DNA of 64,000 bases. Origin: a virus. Location: positions 1-64,000 of IMG/VR virus record IMGVR_UViG_3300032331_002067, one strand, 5' to 3'. Positions 1-10,766 of the stretch are shown here, piece after piece. The position numbers and the translations under genes were made by a program. Within the stretch, counting starts at the first letter, position 1; every line of letters starts with the position of its first letter. The notes under the pieces are model-generated. The model made no database searches and was not told the DNA's origin. It saw only the letters and a list, made by a program, of their open reading frames with translations.

Positions 1-720
1 ACAGCACCAACAGGGTTTGGTCCAACAGGGTTGACAGAGGCTGGCTTCTTGAGCAAAGCCGGAGTGGACAAATTATTTAAACTGAATGATAGCTCTTCAT
101 ACATTAAAGCAGCAAAAGCTGCTCTCGCTTTCTATGGCTACACAGGGTTCGATGTCAATACAGAAAAGATGGGCGCAGGTACTGTTAAGGCACTAAAGAA
201 TTTCCAGACGAAGTACCCTGTTGCTGGCAATAACGATGGAAATCTTGGTCCAGCTTCTGCTAAAGCACTTGGTATTTTTAGTGCAGTCGGTGTGCAAAAG
301 AAGTTTATGGGTGGAATGATTAAGAGAGCTGTTGGCGGAGTTGTTCCCGGATACTCAACAGAAGGTGTCCCTGCAATCCTTCATGGCGGAGAATATGTAA
401 TTAGCTCTAAGGCTGTTCAGAACCTTGGTCTTGGTCTTCTGACTCAATTGAACGGTCTCAAGCATGGTGTTCCATCATTCAATGTTCCTAAGCCACAGAT
501 GCCAAGTGCATCTGGAATGAACATGAATGTCACAAGCCATAGTTCGTCAGAAACGACTCAGAACTACAACTTCTATGTTGATAATTTCATTGGTGAGGAT
601 CAGTGGTTTGAATCAATGATGAAAGACTACAACATCAAGGTTGTCCCAAATAACCAAAAAGCTGCCGGTCTTGAATCAAGAGTCGTTAGAACTTATAATG
701 GTATAAACAGGGGAATGTAA
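1..720 (+). CDS. Tape measure protein, C-terminal part (begins upstream of window), with peptidoglycan-binding domain
   Basis: Frame open from base 1. PG_binding_1-like TVKALKNFQ...DGNLGPASAKALG, plus the GGVVPG..VPAILHGGEYVI motif typical of TMP C-termini. Followed by tail genes. Confidence 0.75.
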   Translation, partial: TAPTGFGPTGLTEAGFLSKAGVDKLFKLNDSSSYIKAAKAALAFYGYTGFDVNTEKMGAGTVKALKNFQTKYPVAGNNDGNLGPASAKALGIFSAVGVQKKFMGGMIKRAVGGVVPGYSTEGVPAILHGGEYVISSKAVQNLGLGLLTQLNGLKHGVPSFNVPKPQMPSASGMNMNVTSHSSSETTQNYNFYVDNFIGEDQWFESMMKDYNIKVVPNNQKAAGLESRVVRTYNGINRGM

Positions 721-1116
721 ATGAGTATTGTAAAATTATTATCCCTAGACGGGGTTGAGATAACAGAACATAGTCGTAAGTATTCGGGCAGTGAATCTAT
801 TGCTGCATCCGATGTTGAACTTGATTCTGGTATTAACAAAAGATACATCAAGAAGAATAAGAAAACTATGTCCCTCTCATTTTCCTATCTTCCTAGTCTT
901 TCTATTCACACAGTCGATGCTCGTGTTGGGCGTAACTATCTTCAGACGCTTGCGAATAAGCGGGGCAAGGTCGCTGTATATATTCAACTTGGTCCAGAGG
1001 AATCACCTCAGCAATATGATGCTTATGTTACAAGCTACTCAGAGACATTGATTAAAAGAGATGTTGCAAGTCAGTGTGCTTATTATGATGTCTCAATAGC
1101 GTTAGAGGAAGCGTAA
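721..1116 (+). CDS. Minor tail protein (distal-tail-like)
   Basis: Directly after TMP, about 130 aa, beta-rich, paralogous to the C-terminus of the next gene. Confidence 0.6.
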   Translation: MSIVKLLSLDGVEITEHSRKYSGSESIAASDVELDSGINKRYIKKNKKTMSLSFSYLPSLSIHTVDARVGRNYLQTLANKRGKVAVYIQLGPEESPQQYDAYVTSYSETLIKRDVASQCAYYDVSIALEEA

Positions 1117-2174
1117 TGCCCGGTTATATAACTCATATTACCGAGAACTTGAAACTTGGTATTGACTTCTTTGGTATTTCTGTTTCGCAAACTGGTGTTG
1201 CCTTATCTGGAGACCTGTCGGCTTCAGCATCCGGAACAAGAATAAGAACTATTGCTGCAAGTATTAATATAACTTCTGACCTGTTGATTTCCGGTACCGA
1301 GTATCAATATGAAAGAGTTGATATTCATATCTATTCTGATGTCACAACTATTAGCAAAAAAATAGCTTTTACATCATCTGCTTCATCAATCAATCTTTCT
1401 GTAAATCCTTCATCTATAAAGATTGCAAAAGCAGCAACATCTATTTTGTCAACTGCGTCTGTATCTGTTTCGGCTATTGAGATACAGAAGGTACAATCCG
1501 TTGTATCTGGTAATTTATCAACAACAATTTCTGGTCAATCAATCAAAAAAGCATCTACATCGATTAATGCCTCATTAACAGCTTCGGGTGTTGGAACTGA
1601 AATCGTTAAAGCTGCAGTTTCTATTAACGCCATGCTTACAACGGTATTGATACCTACAGAAATCAACTTTGCAACGGCAAGCATCAGTGCTTTAACACCA
1701 AGCCTATTTATTAATATGATAAGGTTTAAAGCAAATGGAGTTATAGATACATCTAACTATCAAACATTATTTGTAATTGATGGGAGTCCATTAACAAATC
1801 AAGGTCGTACATTTAGCAGTGACCTGTCTCAGGTTATTGTTGAAAACAAGAATTGGAATAACGAGAAATCAAGATATTACAAGAGGTCGGGTTCAGCGGG
1901 AAGAAAAACATTCACCTTGGCTTGGACATTTCTCCCTAACTCCAGACAGGACACAGTTGACAGAAGGCACGCTAGAGACTTCCTGAAGGGCATTGCTAAT
2001 GACCCTGATGTTCACACTCTCAAGATGATTAACGATGATTCAAATAACACAACTCCATATACTGAAACTCAATATCAGGTCTTTATAAGAGACTATTCAG
2101 AAACCCTGTTAAGGAGAGATTTGATTAATGGTGTATACTATTGGGACTGTAATATGACATTGGAAGAAGTGTAA
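1116..2174 (+). CDS. Minor tail protein with Ser/Thr/Ile-rich repeats and a C-terminal domain paralogous to 721-1116
   Basis: TAATG coupling; shared YSETL.RRD and LEE end motifs. Confidence 0.6.
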   Translation: MPGYITHITENLKLGIDFFGISVSQTGVALSGDLSASASGTRIRTIAASINITSDLLISGTEYQYERVDIHIYSDVTTISKKIAFTSSASSINLSVNPSSIKIAKAATSILSTASVSVSAIEIQKVQSVVSGNLSTTISGQSIKKASTSINASLTASGVGTEIVKAAVSINAMLTTVLIPTEINFATASISALTPSLFINMIRFKANGVIDTSNYQTLFVIDGSPLTNQGRTFSSDLSQVIVENKNWNNEKSRYYKRSGSAGRKTFTLAWTFLPNSRQDTVDRRHARDFLKGIANDPDVHTLKMINDDSNNTTPYTETQYQVFIRDYSETLLRRDLINGVYYWDCNMTLEEV

Positions 2175-5100
2175 TGCTAACTAAAGACATTTATGGGAAA
2201 ACTCTGTCTGACTCATTCAACACAGCTATTAGTGCATACGCTCAAAAAGTAAAGCCTAGAGTCAAAATTCAATGGCTGGATAGTCGCCATGTTGATAATC
2301 TAACTGTAACCACTAATTCAGCCAATGTTGCCGGTGATAGAAGTTCTAGTTACTACTTTAGTCCACAAAATTCTATGAGTGGAAATGATAGACAAGGTTT
2401 TACTTGGGGTGTATGTGATTCTAAAGATGTTAATGGTCAGGTAATTACTGCTGATGGTACATGGTACACAATGCCGACAAATCTTGATGACCATTATAAG
2501 TACGGATGGTGGTCAACAAATAAAAGTCAATCATCTGCATCTGGAACATATAACGGTTACGGCTTTGTTACCGAGCCATATGTTGAATACACTTTTACTC
2601 AGAGAAAAGTAAATAGAATTAGAGTTGCAACATCTGAATTTAATGGTCGAATTAAGGATTATACTTTGTATGTTTATAACTCAACATTAACATTGATTCT
2701 ACAAGAAGATGGGACAATGCCTGACAATGCATATTATGTTGATCACTGGGTATCAGCAGCTCTTGCCTCACAAGATGTTTATAGAATCAAAGTGGTTGTC
2801 CATTCAACAAAGAATCCTGTAGATAATGCAAGAATTCAAGAAGTGTCCCCAATTTATGAAACAGATTTGACGGAGTATGTGATGTCTCACTCGGTTGAAA
2901 GAACAAGGGATTTACATGAGACAAGTTTGCCGATTGCTGGCACAGGGTCTTCTTCCGCATCCATTACGCTAGATAATACAAATAAAGAATTTAACATGTT
3001 TAGTTCTGGTTCAATGTTTGGACCCTATATGAAAAAAGATTTAAAGATAACAATCGCTAACGGCTGGAGAGTTAAGAAAACCGATGATGTTATTTCAACA
3101 ACTCAGCTTTTAAGCTCTATTTCTAATTCCGCTACAACTATCATGGTCAAGGATGGAGATATTTTCCCTAATGGCGGAGCAGGGAATTCTTTTGTAATCA
3201 TCCTTTCCCCAAACACTCAGAATGAAGAATATGTTCTTGTTTCTAGTAAGTCTGGAACAAGGCAATTAACTGTTGAATCTCGTGGTTATGGTAATACTGT
3301 TGCAAAAGCCCATTCAGCGAATGCTACTGTCACATTTGACCCATACGAGTATGTTCATGCCGGGACATTTTATGTTGATGAATGGTCAGGTTCTTCATCA
3401 ATGCAGGTCTCCATTAAAGCTAATGACGCATCAAAGTTCTTGACAGAAAAGCAAATTACAAAAGGTTTCTTCTTGCAGACCACAACTGCTGGCGATGCTA
3501 TTGGGAATCTATTAATGATGGGTAATTTTCCACAAGCTGACTACAAACAGCTTGTCCGATACATTGATGAGCCAAAGAGGATTGGGGCAATAGCTCAGTA
3601 TTCTTTTAATGAACCAACAATTGATAGATCAGCCAATGTCATTGTTCCATCAACAGGATTGAGAGCAAGGTTTTGGGGTATCCCGAGCGGTAAGGAATAT
3701 CTTGTAACAGATATTGTTGCCGATGCAATGGATAAGCAATTATCCGACATGGATAAGGCTCTTGGTCTCAAAGCGTTTATTTCTCCTAGTTATGTTGCAC
3801 TGTCAAAGAATTTGGTTGAGGCGGGGAATGCTGGTGCAGCCGTAGCCCTTGAGGATTACGAGTTTACATCCTTTGGGGGTGAGGTCAATGATATTTATTA
3901 CAATGGTGTTATTGATGGTTATTACATTCCAAGCGAATCTGGTGTTCAAGAATTATTTATGAAAGTTAAGAATGGCGGTGTTCGCGTATTCTTTGATGAA
4001 AATTTAATTATCAATGAATGGTTTAACCATGTCGGAGTTTTGACCGATGTATCAAGCACTATATCCTCAAATCTTGATTTAGATGCTGGTATTCCTTACA
4101 AGATTAGAATTGAATTCTTTCACACATTTAATACAGATGTATATCCAACATCTGGTGAGATTGTTGCAGCGGGTCTTCCGGCAACACTTTACGCAACATC
4201 CGCTTCGTTACAGACAGCTGGTAATATAACCTTAACCAACAGACCCCTTGTTCGGAATGAGGATGGGACAATAAGCACAATTCGTTCAATAAGTTTTAAT
4301 GATGGGGCTAATGAGGTTGTTATACCAACAGTTGTTAATGGTGTTGTTGTTGACAATCAGACAGCAAAAAATCACTACATTGCAACCGGTTTTCATCTTG
4401 GAAAGTTTGCAACAGGTGCAACAACAGCAGCTTCAATTTACGCTGCAGCCCTTCATACAATCCAAGAAGCTTGGATTGATTTGGTTCAGCCCTCAAAGTT
4501 TGATTTGGAATTCTGGAGATCAATTGGCGGTACTGATGAAATTGTTCCAGCTACAGACTGCGCAACCATCGTAGCCTTTGACGCAATAGGCTCTAGGAAC
4601 GCTTCTCCTGTGATTTCTAACAAGAATGCCAACCATCACAAGAATGACGCAATTTATAACAACCTTCCCCTTCTCGCTCAACCGACAGGGTTGGTCTCTG
4701 AGCCAGATAATAAATCTGTATCTTTGACCGGAACGAGCTATATAAGAATCCCCTACCACTCATCACTTGACATCGTAAATAGTGCTAGTGTGAATTATAC
4801 TGGTCGTTGGTCAATAGAGATTTTTGCAAAGTTTCCTAGCGTATTTGCTAGTGGCGGAGAATACTTGTCAAACTGGAATACGGGAGCTGTCTCCAATGGT
4901 TTTGCTTTCTTTAATACATCATCATCTCATGGGTTTAAGATATACACAGCAACGGGGCTAGTCACTGTTTCTTCATCAACAGCTCTCTCAACTGCAAACT
5001 TCTCTCACCTTTTAGTTACATGCGATGGTTCTCGTGTTTATTACTATGTAGATGGTGTTCTTAAAAACTCTACTGCACTAGCGTCTGCACCGACTACTTG

Positions 5101-6412
5101 GGCTTCAGATGATATTACGATTGGTGGTAGGGGTTCATCTTATATAGAGTATGTTAATAATGTAACACCATATGGAGAGACCGCTCCTTCTTCATATGCA
5201 AACTTTGTAATTGATGAGTTTGCAATTTATAATACATTTTTAAGTCAAGAACAAATAACTAATAGATATATTGCTACTAAGATTCAACCATTAACTGTAT
5301 TCCCATTCCTTTATGGTAATGATAATAGTATTAGAGAAATTATTGACACTATCTCTTTGGCTGATTTTGGTCGTATGTATATTGAAGAAACAGACAATTC
5401 AAGGTATGACCACTTCAATAGATTCTTTGAATCCTCAATTGATCAACACGCAAATGTCCAAGCATCAATTTCTGGCGATACACACATTACATCCGCTGAC
5501 TTCAGTGTTCAGCTTCAAGTTAATAAAGTAACAGTAAATATTGCCGGACTGACATCAATTCTTCAGGGTCGTCAAGGTCTTTGGAACGCAGAAGACCCAA
5601 CAACTCTCGGTGTTGTTACATTGGCTGCAAATGCAACATCATCTTCAACAAGCATTATCGTTGATACAACCGACAATCCCCCATTCCCGAAGAACGGTTA
5701 TTTAAAGATTGATAGTGAGATTGTAAAATACACATCAATTACATCAAATTCTTTCAATGGTCTTGAGAGAGCGCAGTTTGACACAGTTGCTGCTGCACAT
5801 ACCACGGCAGCAAAAGTGCGGGAAGTTAAATATTACGACATCAAATATGATAAAGCTCCCGCTTTTGATATCCAAAGCCCATTTATTAGTGCTATTCGCT
5901 ATGAAGACCCAGACCTTGTGGAAATTCACAGGTTCTTGCCAACAGCTTATGGTGCTGAGTTAATCATGGTCGCTTCAAACTCCGTTGAGGCAAATAGTTT
6001 TGCCTACCTTCAGGGGACAAACCCTCTTACAGGGGAAGTCCAATTGACATCAATTGCTGGTACACCGATTCTGACCACAGAGCAGGCAAGTCAGGTCAAG
6101 ACGCAGAGCGGAACACTTGCCTCAGACATCAGGAAATACGGTTTAAAGGAGATTGTCATAGACAATCCTTACATTACAGACGCAGAACACGCCACAAAAA
6201 TAGCTAATTTCATGATTTCTAAACTTGCAGAACCTGTCCCCATCATCAATATCAACGCAATGGCTATGCCTAAATTGCAATTGGGGGATAAGATTCGTAT
6301 TACATCAATCAATTCACTTGATATAATTAATAGTGATTACTGGGTTGTCTCTCATAGCATGAGTGTTGGGGATTCTTTGGATCATTCAATTACATTAAGG
6401 AAGGTTGTCTAA
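2174..6412 (+). CDS. Large tail/baseplate hub protein with PA14-like and LamG/ConA-like domains
   Basis: 1412 aa. PA14-like GGVRVFFDENLIINEW...LDAGIPYKIRIEF; LamG-like HLLVTCDG..YYVDG..IDEFAIYN..LS..QI; tail-tip-like C-terminal P.LQLGDKIRI. Confidence 0.7.
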   Translation: MLTKDIYGKTLSDSFNTAISAYAQKVKPRVKIQWLDSRHVDNLTVTTNSANVAGDRSSSYYFSPQNSMSGNDRQGFTWGVCDSKDVNGQVITADGTWYTMPTNLDDHYKYGWWSTNKSQSSASGTYNGYGFVTEPYVEYTFTQRKVNRIRVATSEFNGRIKDYTLYVYNSTLTLILQEDGTMPDNAYYVDHWVSAALASQDVYRIKVVVHSTKNPVDNARIQEVSPIYETDLTEYVMSHSVERTRDLHETSLPIAGTGSSSASITLDNTNKEFNMFSSGSMFGPYMKKDLKITIANGWRVKKTDDVISTTQLLSSISNSATTIMVKDGDIFPNGGAGNSFVIILSPNTQNEEYVLVSSKSGTRQLTVESRGYGNTVAKAHSANATVTFDPYEYVHAGTFYVDEWSGSSSMQVSIKANDASKFLTEKQITKGFFLQTTTAGDAIGNLLMMGNFPQADYKQLVRYIDEPKRIGAIAQYSFNEPTIDRSANVIVPSTGLRARFWGIPSGKEYLVTDIVADAMDKQLSDMDKALGLKAFISPSYVALSKNLVEAGNAGAAVALEDYEFTSFGGEVNDIYYNGVIDGYYIPSESGVQELFMKVKNGGVRVFFDENLIINEWFNHVGVLTDVSSTISSNLDLDAGIPYKIRIEFFHTFNTDVYPTSGEIVAAGLPATLYATSASLQTAGNITLTNRPLVRNEDGTISTIRSISFNDGANEVVIPTVVNGVVVDNQTAKNHYIATGFHLGKFATGATTAASIYAAALHTIQEAWIDLVQPSKFDLEFWRSIGGTDEIVPATDCATIVAFDAIGSRNASPVISNKNANHHKNDAIYNNLPLLAQPTGLVSEPDNKSVSLTGTSYIRIPYHSSLDIVNSASVNYTGRWSIEIFAKFPSVFASGGEYLSNWNTGAVSNGFAFFNTSSSHGFKIYTATGLVTVSSSTALSTANFSHLLVTCDGSRVYYYVDGVLKNSTALASAPTTWASDDITIGGRGSSYIEYVNNVTPYGETAPSSYANFVIDEFAIYNTFLSQEQITNRYIATKIQPLTVFPFLYGNDNSIREIIDTISLADFGRMYIEETDNSRYDHFNRFFESSIDQHANVQASISGDTHITSADFSVQLQVNKVTVNIAGLTSILQGRQGLWNAEDPTTLGVVTLAANATSSSTSIIVDTTDNPPFPKNGYLKIDSEIVKYTSITSNSFNGLERAQFDTVAAAHTTAAKVREVKYYDIKYDKAPAFDIQSPFISAIRYEDPDLVEIHRFLPTAYGAELIMVASNSVEANSFAYLQGTNPLTGEVQLTSIAGTPILTTEQASQVKTQSGTLASDIRKYGLKEIVIDNPYITDAEHATKIANFMISKLAEPVPIININAMAMPKLQLGDKIRITSINSLDIINSDYWVVSHSMSVGDSLDHSITLRKVV

Positions 6413-8178
6413 TGGCAAGAGTTAAAATTGCTGGAACATCAGGTGCTTCTGAAAATACAATTGTTTTTTCATCGGCTGGTGGACACTCTCATAACGGTCA
6501 GAACTCATCTTTGATTGATTCAACCGCTTATTCAATGTATGACTTCTCTCCGACCTTTGTTGGAACAGAGGTGAATCCGGATAGAGCTGTTCGCCAAGAA
6601 AATAATAGAATTGCATTCGAGGATGTAATCAAGAGGGTTGTTAATAACTCAGTTCTTGCACCTGCCGGTATTCGTCTAGAGCCGGGTTCGTTGAATGGTT
6701 CATTGATCATTGCTAATACAATTACAGCAAATCAACTCGCTGCGAATACCATTACTGCAGCTGAGATTTCTGCAGGAACAATTACTGCAAATGAGCTTTC
6801 ATCAAATATTGTTTTAATCAATAACAGAATTGTAAGTCAGAACTGGAATGGGACAATCCAAGCAAACGGAACAATATTTTCTAATGGTATTGGAAGCGCT
6901 GGTTGGGCTATTACAAATACACATGCTGTATTTGATTCAACATTGATTCGTGGTTCCATTGCTGCAAACTCCATAGTAACTCCGGGCTTAACAATTTTTG
7001 CAAATGGTGCGATTACTAGCAATAACTTCAGCACAACAACAACTGGTATTGTTACTGCAACTAATGCGATTATCTCTGGATCAATTACATCGGGGTCGGG
7101 ATCTATCGGTGGTTGGACAATTGATACAAACAGAATATATGGCGGTTCAACATATCTTTATTCCAATGGAAGTATGTCAATTGGAGCAACAACGATTGCT
7201 GCCAATGGTCAAATAACCAATGGTGGTTACACACTCTCAGCAGCTGGTTCTCTATCAGCAACAGGTGCTAATATATCTGGAATTATTAACTCAACATCCG
7301 GAACCATTGGTGGTTGGTTAATTGACTCTACTGGGCTTTCAAAAACAGTAAGCGGGTCTTCATCTTATATATATCCATCGCAAATTGTGCTCGGAATTCT
7401 AAATGAAGAAGTTAGTGGTAGCACAGTCCTCTCAGCAGCTCGTATGACTATGAGCGATGATAACTACTTTAGCCGTGTCAAAACGGATGGTATTTCAATT
7501 CAGGAATACGCAGCTGGTACAACATCCTACTTTAAACATTTTGGTGCTCAATTGTATGGAGGTATGAACCTTATTGGAGGTACACTTACTTCAACCGCTG
7601 TAAGTACTACGACCTGCAATGCAACAACTTTTAATGGAACCCTTAACGGCAATGCAAGCTCTGCCACATACGCAACTACTGCTGGGCTGCGTCTTGGTCG
7701 CATTATTGATATAACATCGGCATCATCGGGTCAAGATTTTATCATTGCAAATGGTAACGGCTCAGGCGTATTGAGGGTTGCTTCAGAAGCTGGGGTTTAC
7801 AGCAAAGTTGTTACTGGTAGAGCTGTTCAAGTCAACAGCTCCGACTTAATTGGGACAACAGCATCAACAGCTCGTCTGAAACAGGATATTGAGCCATATA
7901 TTTTCAATGAACAAGCTATTTTGTCCATTGAGCCAAAAAGATTTAAATACAATGAAAAGGTGCAACATGGAGGTGACGACTCAGATTGGCTATATGGTTT
8001 TATAGCGGAAGAAGCTGTTACAGCAGGACTTTCGGAGCTTTGTGGTTTTGATGAGGAAGGCTTGCCTGACTATTTTTCATATGAGAGAATGTGTGTTGCC
8101 CAGCAGCAAATTATCAGAACACTTTGGAATAAAGTTGAATCCTTGGAATCTAGGATTCAAACCCTTGAGGGTGTATAA
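6412..8178 (+). CDS. Tail fibre/spike with C-terminal intramolecular chaperone (Peptidase S74-like)
   Basis: ANTITA repeats, SGSIGGWTI repeats, STARLKQDIE...GFIAEE motif and terminal coiled coil. Confidence 0.8.
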   Translation: MARVKIAGTSGASENTIVFSSAGGHSHNGQNSSLIDSTAYSMYDFSPTFVGTEVNPDRAVRQENNRIAFEDVIKRVVNNSVLAPAGIRLEPGSLNGSLIIANTITANQLAANTITAAEISAGTITANELSSNIVLINNRIVSQNWNGTIQANGTIFSNGIGSAGWAITNTHAVFDSTLIRGSIAANSIVTPGLTIFANGAITSNNFSTTTTGIVTATNAIISGSITSGSGSIGGWTIDTNRIYGGSTYLYSNGSMSIGATTIAANGQITNGGYTLSAAGSLSATGANISGIINSTSGTIGGWLIDSTGLSKTVSGSSSYIYPSQIVLGILNEEVSGSTVLSAARMTMSDDNYFSRVKTDGISIQEYAAGTTSYFKHFGAQLYGGMNLIGGTLTSTAVSTTTCNATTFNGTLNGNASSATYATTAGLRLGRIIDITSASSGQDFIIANGNGSGVLRVASEAGVYSKVVTGRAVQVNSSDLIGTTASTARLKQDIEPYIFNEQAILSIEPKRFKYNEKVQHGGDDSDWLYGFIAEEAVTAGLSELCGFDEEGLPDYFSYERMCVAQQQIIRTLWNKVESLESRIQTLEGV

Positions 8179-8179
8179 T
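8171..8179 (+). promoter_or_regulatory. Extended -10 promoter GTGTATAAT just upstream of ATG (leaderless type)
   Basis: gtgtataat 8 nt before ATG 8188; same motif at 9311 and 29510. Confidence 0.5.
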
Positions 8180-8187
8180 AGGTAGAC

Positions 8188-8850
8188 ATGGCTTACGAAA
8201 ACTATTCATTTGTATCTTGGACAGCAGGGACACCCATCTCAAGTGACCGTCTGGGTCAGATGTCTACCAATATTGGTCAGGTCAAAGATGCTACTGATGA
8301 TAACCCCAAGGGAATCTTGAAACTCAAGACGATTTCTGGCAGTACATTTGGTCCATATTCCGATTGGAATACAGAGCATGAAATTATCTCTCTTGAAAAT
8401 GAGGGCGGTGCTGGTGTTAACAACCTTATTAATGTCGGAGTCAACCGTTATTACAGACTCACTCTTTCATTCCCCGGAATTAGTATTCTCAATGCAGGTG
8501 CAGAAGATTCAACTTACTTAATCACACTAAACGAGGGCACCACTGTTGCCCCAGTAGTTCTATCAACTTGGAAGGTAACAGCTGGTCCATTTACTTTTGT
8601 TGATACAGCAACAGCTAATGCCAACATTGCAAACCATAAGCTCAAGTCTACTTCCTTCCCAACAAGGATTGGTGCAGGAACTTACTCCACAATTTTTGAT
8701 AGTACAGGTTCTGGTATTACAAATAAAAGATATTATATTGGAATCACAAGGGATGATGGCTCCACTCAGAATAATAACCCAACTTTCCAGATCCTCACTA
8801 GCGATGCCAGAATGCAGTTTTATGCAGAAGACATCGGAGGGTCTGTATAA
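8188..8850 (+). CDS. Putative virion structural protein
   Basis: End of tail module; N-terminal W..GTPI.S.RL..M typical of fibre-like proteins. Confidence 0.45.
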   Translation: MAYENYSFVSWTAGTPISSDRLGQMSTNIGQVKDATDDNPKGILKLKTISGSTFGPYSDWNTEHEIISLENEGGAGVNNLINVGVNRYYRLTLSFPGISILNAGAEDSTYLITLNEGTTVAPVVLSTWKVTAGPFTFVDTATANANIANHKLKSTSFPTRIGAGTYSTIFDSTGSGITNKRYYIGITRDDGSTQNNNPTFQILTSDARMQFYAEDIGGSV

Positions 8851-8853
8851 ACG

Positions 8854-9294
8854 ATGTCTTCAAGCCCGCTTGCTTCTCAGCGGAAAGACATTCCTTGGAC
8901 AGATAAATCATCTGTCGGTGATTTAAACCCCAACTATGCTGGTGGAAAATACATAGATGATAAAGGTTATGTCCGGGTTTTAATGCCGGAACATCCTTCC
9001 AATATTAAAGGATATATTTACGAACATCGTGCAGTCATTGAGCACTACCTCCGTAGATTTCTAAACCCTTGGGAGACTGTCCATCACATCAATGAAATAA
9101 AGAGTGATAATCGTGTAGAGAATTTGTTTCTCTGTACGCATCCTGAACATAGTGCAATCCATAGAGAAGGAAAGCGCCCAACTCAAGATCATCGTGATAA
9201 ACTACGAGCCAATATGAAGCAAAGAAAAAAGGTTGTAAAAAAGAGTTTGAAGCCTCGTTTTGATGCCCGATCAAAAAAAACTAATTTTGAGTGA
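8854..9294 (+). CDS. HNH endonuclease (HNH_3 type)
   Basis: YEHRAV...VHHINEIKSDNRVENL. Confidence 0.85.
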   Translation: MSSSPLASQRKDIPWTDKSSVGDLNPNYAGGKYIDDKGYVRVLMPEHPSNIKGYIYEHRAVIEHYLRRFLNPWETVHHINEIKSDNRVENLFLCTHPEHSAIHREGKRPTQDHRDKLRANMKQRKKVVKKSLKPRFDARSKKTNFE

Positions 9295-9326
9295 AAATCG
9301 CATTCCATGCGTGTACAATTATCCTT

Positions 9327-10520
9327 ATGAAAATTTGTGAAACCGAAGGTTGCCCATTGGAGTTTGAACCCAATACGGCAAATCAAAAGTATGCCGACTC
9401 ATCGTGTAGAAAATCTATCGATACGATGGGTCTTTGTAAATATAGAAAAGAGAATGGATTAGTTCCAATGCCTAAAGATGCATTAACAGGGGGAAAACCC
9501 CAAACAGAAACAGAACTGAAGATTAGTTACACAAAGCTTCTTCAGGAATATGAAAAGATTAAGACAAAGGAAAGTCATCTTGCTGATGCTGTCTTTAGAG
9601 CCGTTAAAGACGGATTGTCTGACTACAAGCATGTTCCAATTCCTAAGCCCCCTGCTGACCGTAGAAAGGGTACTGAGGAGGTCGCAGTCGCTGTTATCGC
9701 AGACTGGCAATTGGCTAAAGTCACTCCTGACTATAACACTGAAGTCTGTGAACGCAGAATTGACCAGTACGCAGACAAGATTATTCATCTGACTGAAATC
9801 CAAAGACAAGACCATCCTGTGCGTGAACTTCGCATTTGGGCATTGGGAGATATTGTTGAGGGAGAGCTTATTTTCCCCGGACAAAGCTTTCTTGTAGATG
9901 GCGGTTTGTATCGTCAAATTACTGTTGATGGTCCAAGAATCATGAAGAACTTTATTACAAAGATGCTTGCCAACTTTGAGAAAGTTACATTTGTCGGGGT
10001 CATTGGTAATCATGGTTCCATTGGTGGTCGTGCAAGGCGTGACCATGACCCAGAAACAAATGCGGATAGAATGCTTTATCGCATTGTTGAATTGATGTTT
10101 GATGGAGAGAAGCGCATTTCATTCAATATCCCTGATGGTCGTGGTGAACGACACTGGTATGCAATTGACTCTATTGGAAAATATAAGTCATTACTTATTC
10201 ACGGAGATCAGTTTGGCAGCCTTTCATCTTTCTATTCTTTCCAAAAGAAAGTTTATGGATGGAAGATTGGCGGTATTGAACGCAAAGATAATGATGGAAA
10301 TCTTATTGATGAGTTCAACGATGTTTATTTCGGACATTTTCATACTCCAACAAAGATGACATTCAACACTGTGCAGTGTCGCATCTCTGGTAGCCCAGAA
10401 TCAACTAATACCTATGCTATTGAAGTTTTAGGCGCTGTTGGTCAAGCTTCACAGCCTTTAATGTTTGTTCATCCTGAGAAGGGAATTGTTACAGCAGAAT
10501 ATACTTGTTGGTTGGATTGA
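9327..10520 (+). CDS. Metallophosphoesterase (calcineurin-like) with N-terminal Zn-ribbon
   Basis: DWQ, GDIVEG, GNHG, HGD and GHFH motifs; start reassigned to ATG 9327 after gtgtacaat. Confidence 0.85.
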   Translation: MKICETEGCPLEFEPNTANQKYADSSCRKSIDTMGLCKYRKENGLVPMPKDALTGGKPQTETELKISYTKLLQEYEKIKTKESHLADAVFRAVKDGLSDYKHVPIPKPPADRRKGTEEVAVAVIADWQLAKVTPDYNTEVCERRIDQYADKIIHLTEIQRQDHPVRELRIWALGDIVEGELIFPGQSFLVDGGLYRQITVDGPRIMKNFITKMLANFEKVTFVGVIGNHGSIGGRARRDHDPETNADRMLYRIVELMFDGEKRISFNIPDGRGERHWYAIDSIGKYKSLLIHGDQFGSLSSFYSFQKKVYGWKIGGIERKDNDGNLIDEFNDVYFGHFHTPTKMTFNTVQCRISGSPESTNTYAIEVLGAVGQASQPLMFVHPEKGIVTAEYTCWLD

Positions 10521-10526
10521 TGATCA

Positions 10527-10766
10527 ATGAGCCGATTTGCAACAGTAAAATTTGTTTGTAAATACTGTAAGGGGACAAAGCTTGTTGGAGAACAATATTA
10601 TGCCCTCGGAGAGAATTGGGTTGATATCACCTGTGTTAGGTGTAGTCATTCCAAAGATATTACTGTGGAGGATTTAGAATTGCTAATGCGAAGAATAAAT
10701 AAAGCCAATGCGGTGTCTAAAATACGGGAAGTAAGAGATGCTAACAACAAAACTAATTCAGAATAA
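10527..10766 (+). CDS. Small Zn-finger protein
   Basis: CKYC...CVRC. Confidence 0.5.
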   Translation: MSRFATVKFVCKYCKGTKLVGEQYYALGENWVDITCVRCSHSKDITVEDLELLMRRINKANAVSKIREVRDANNKTNSE

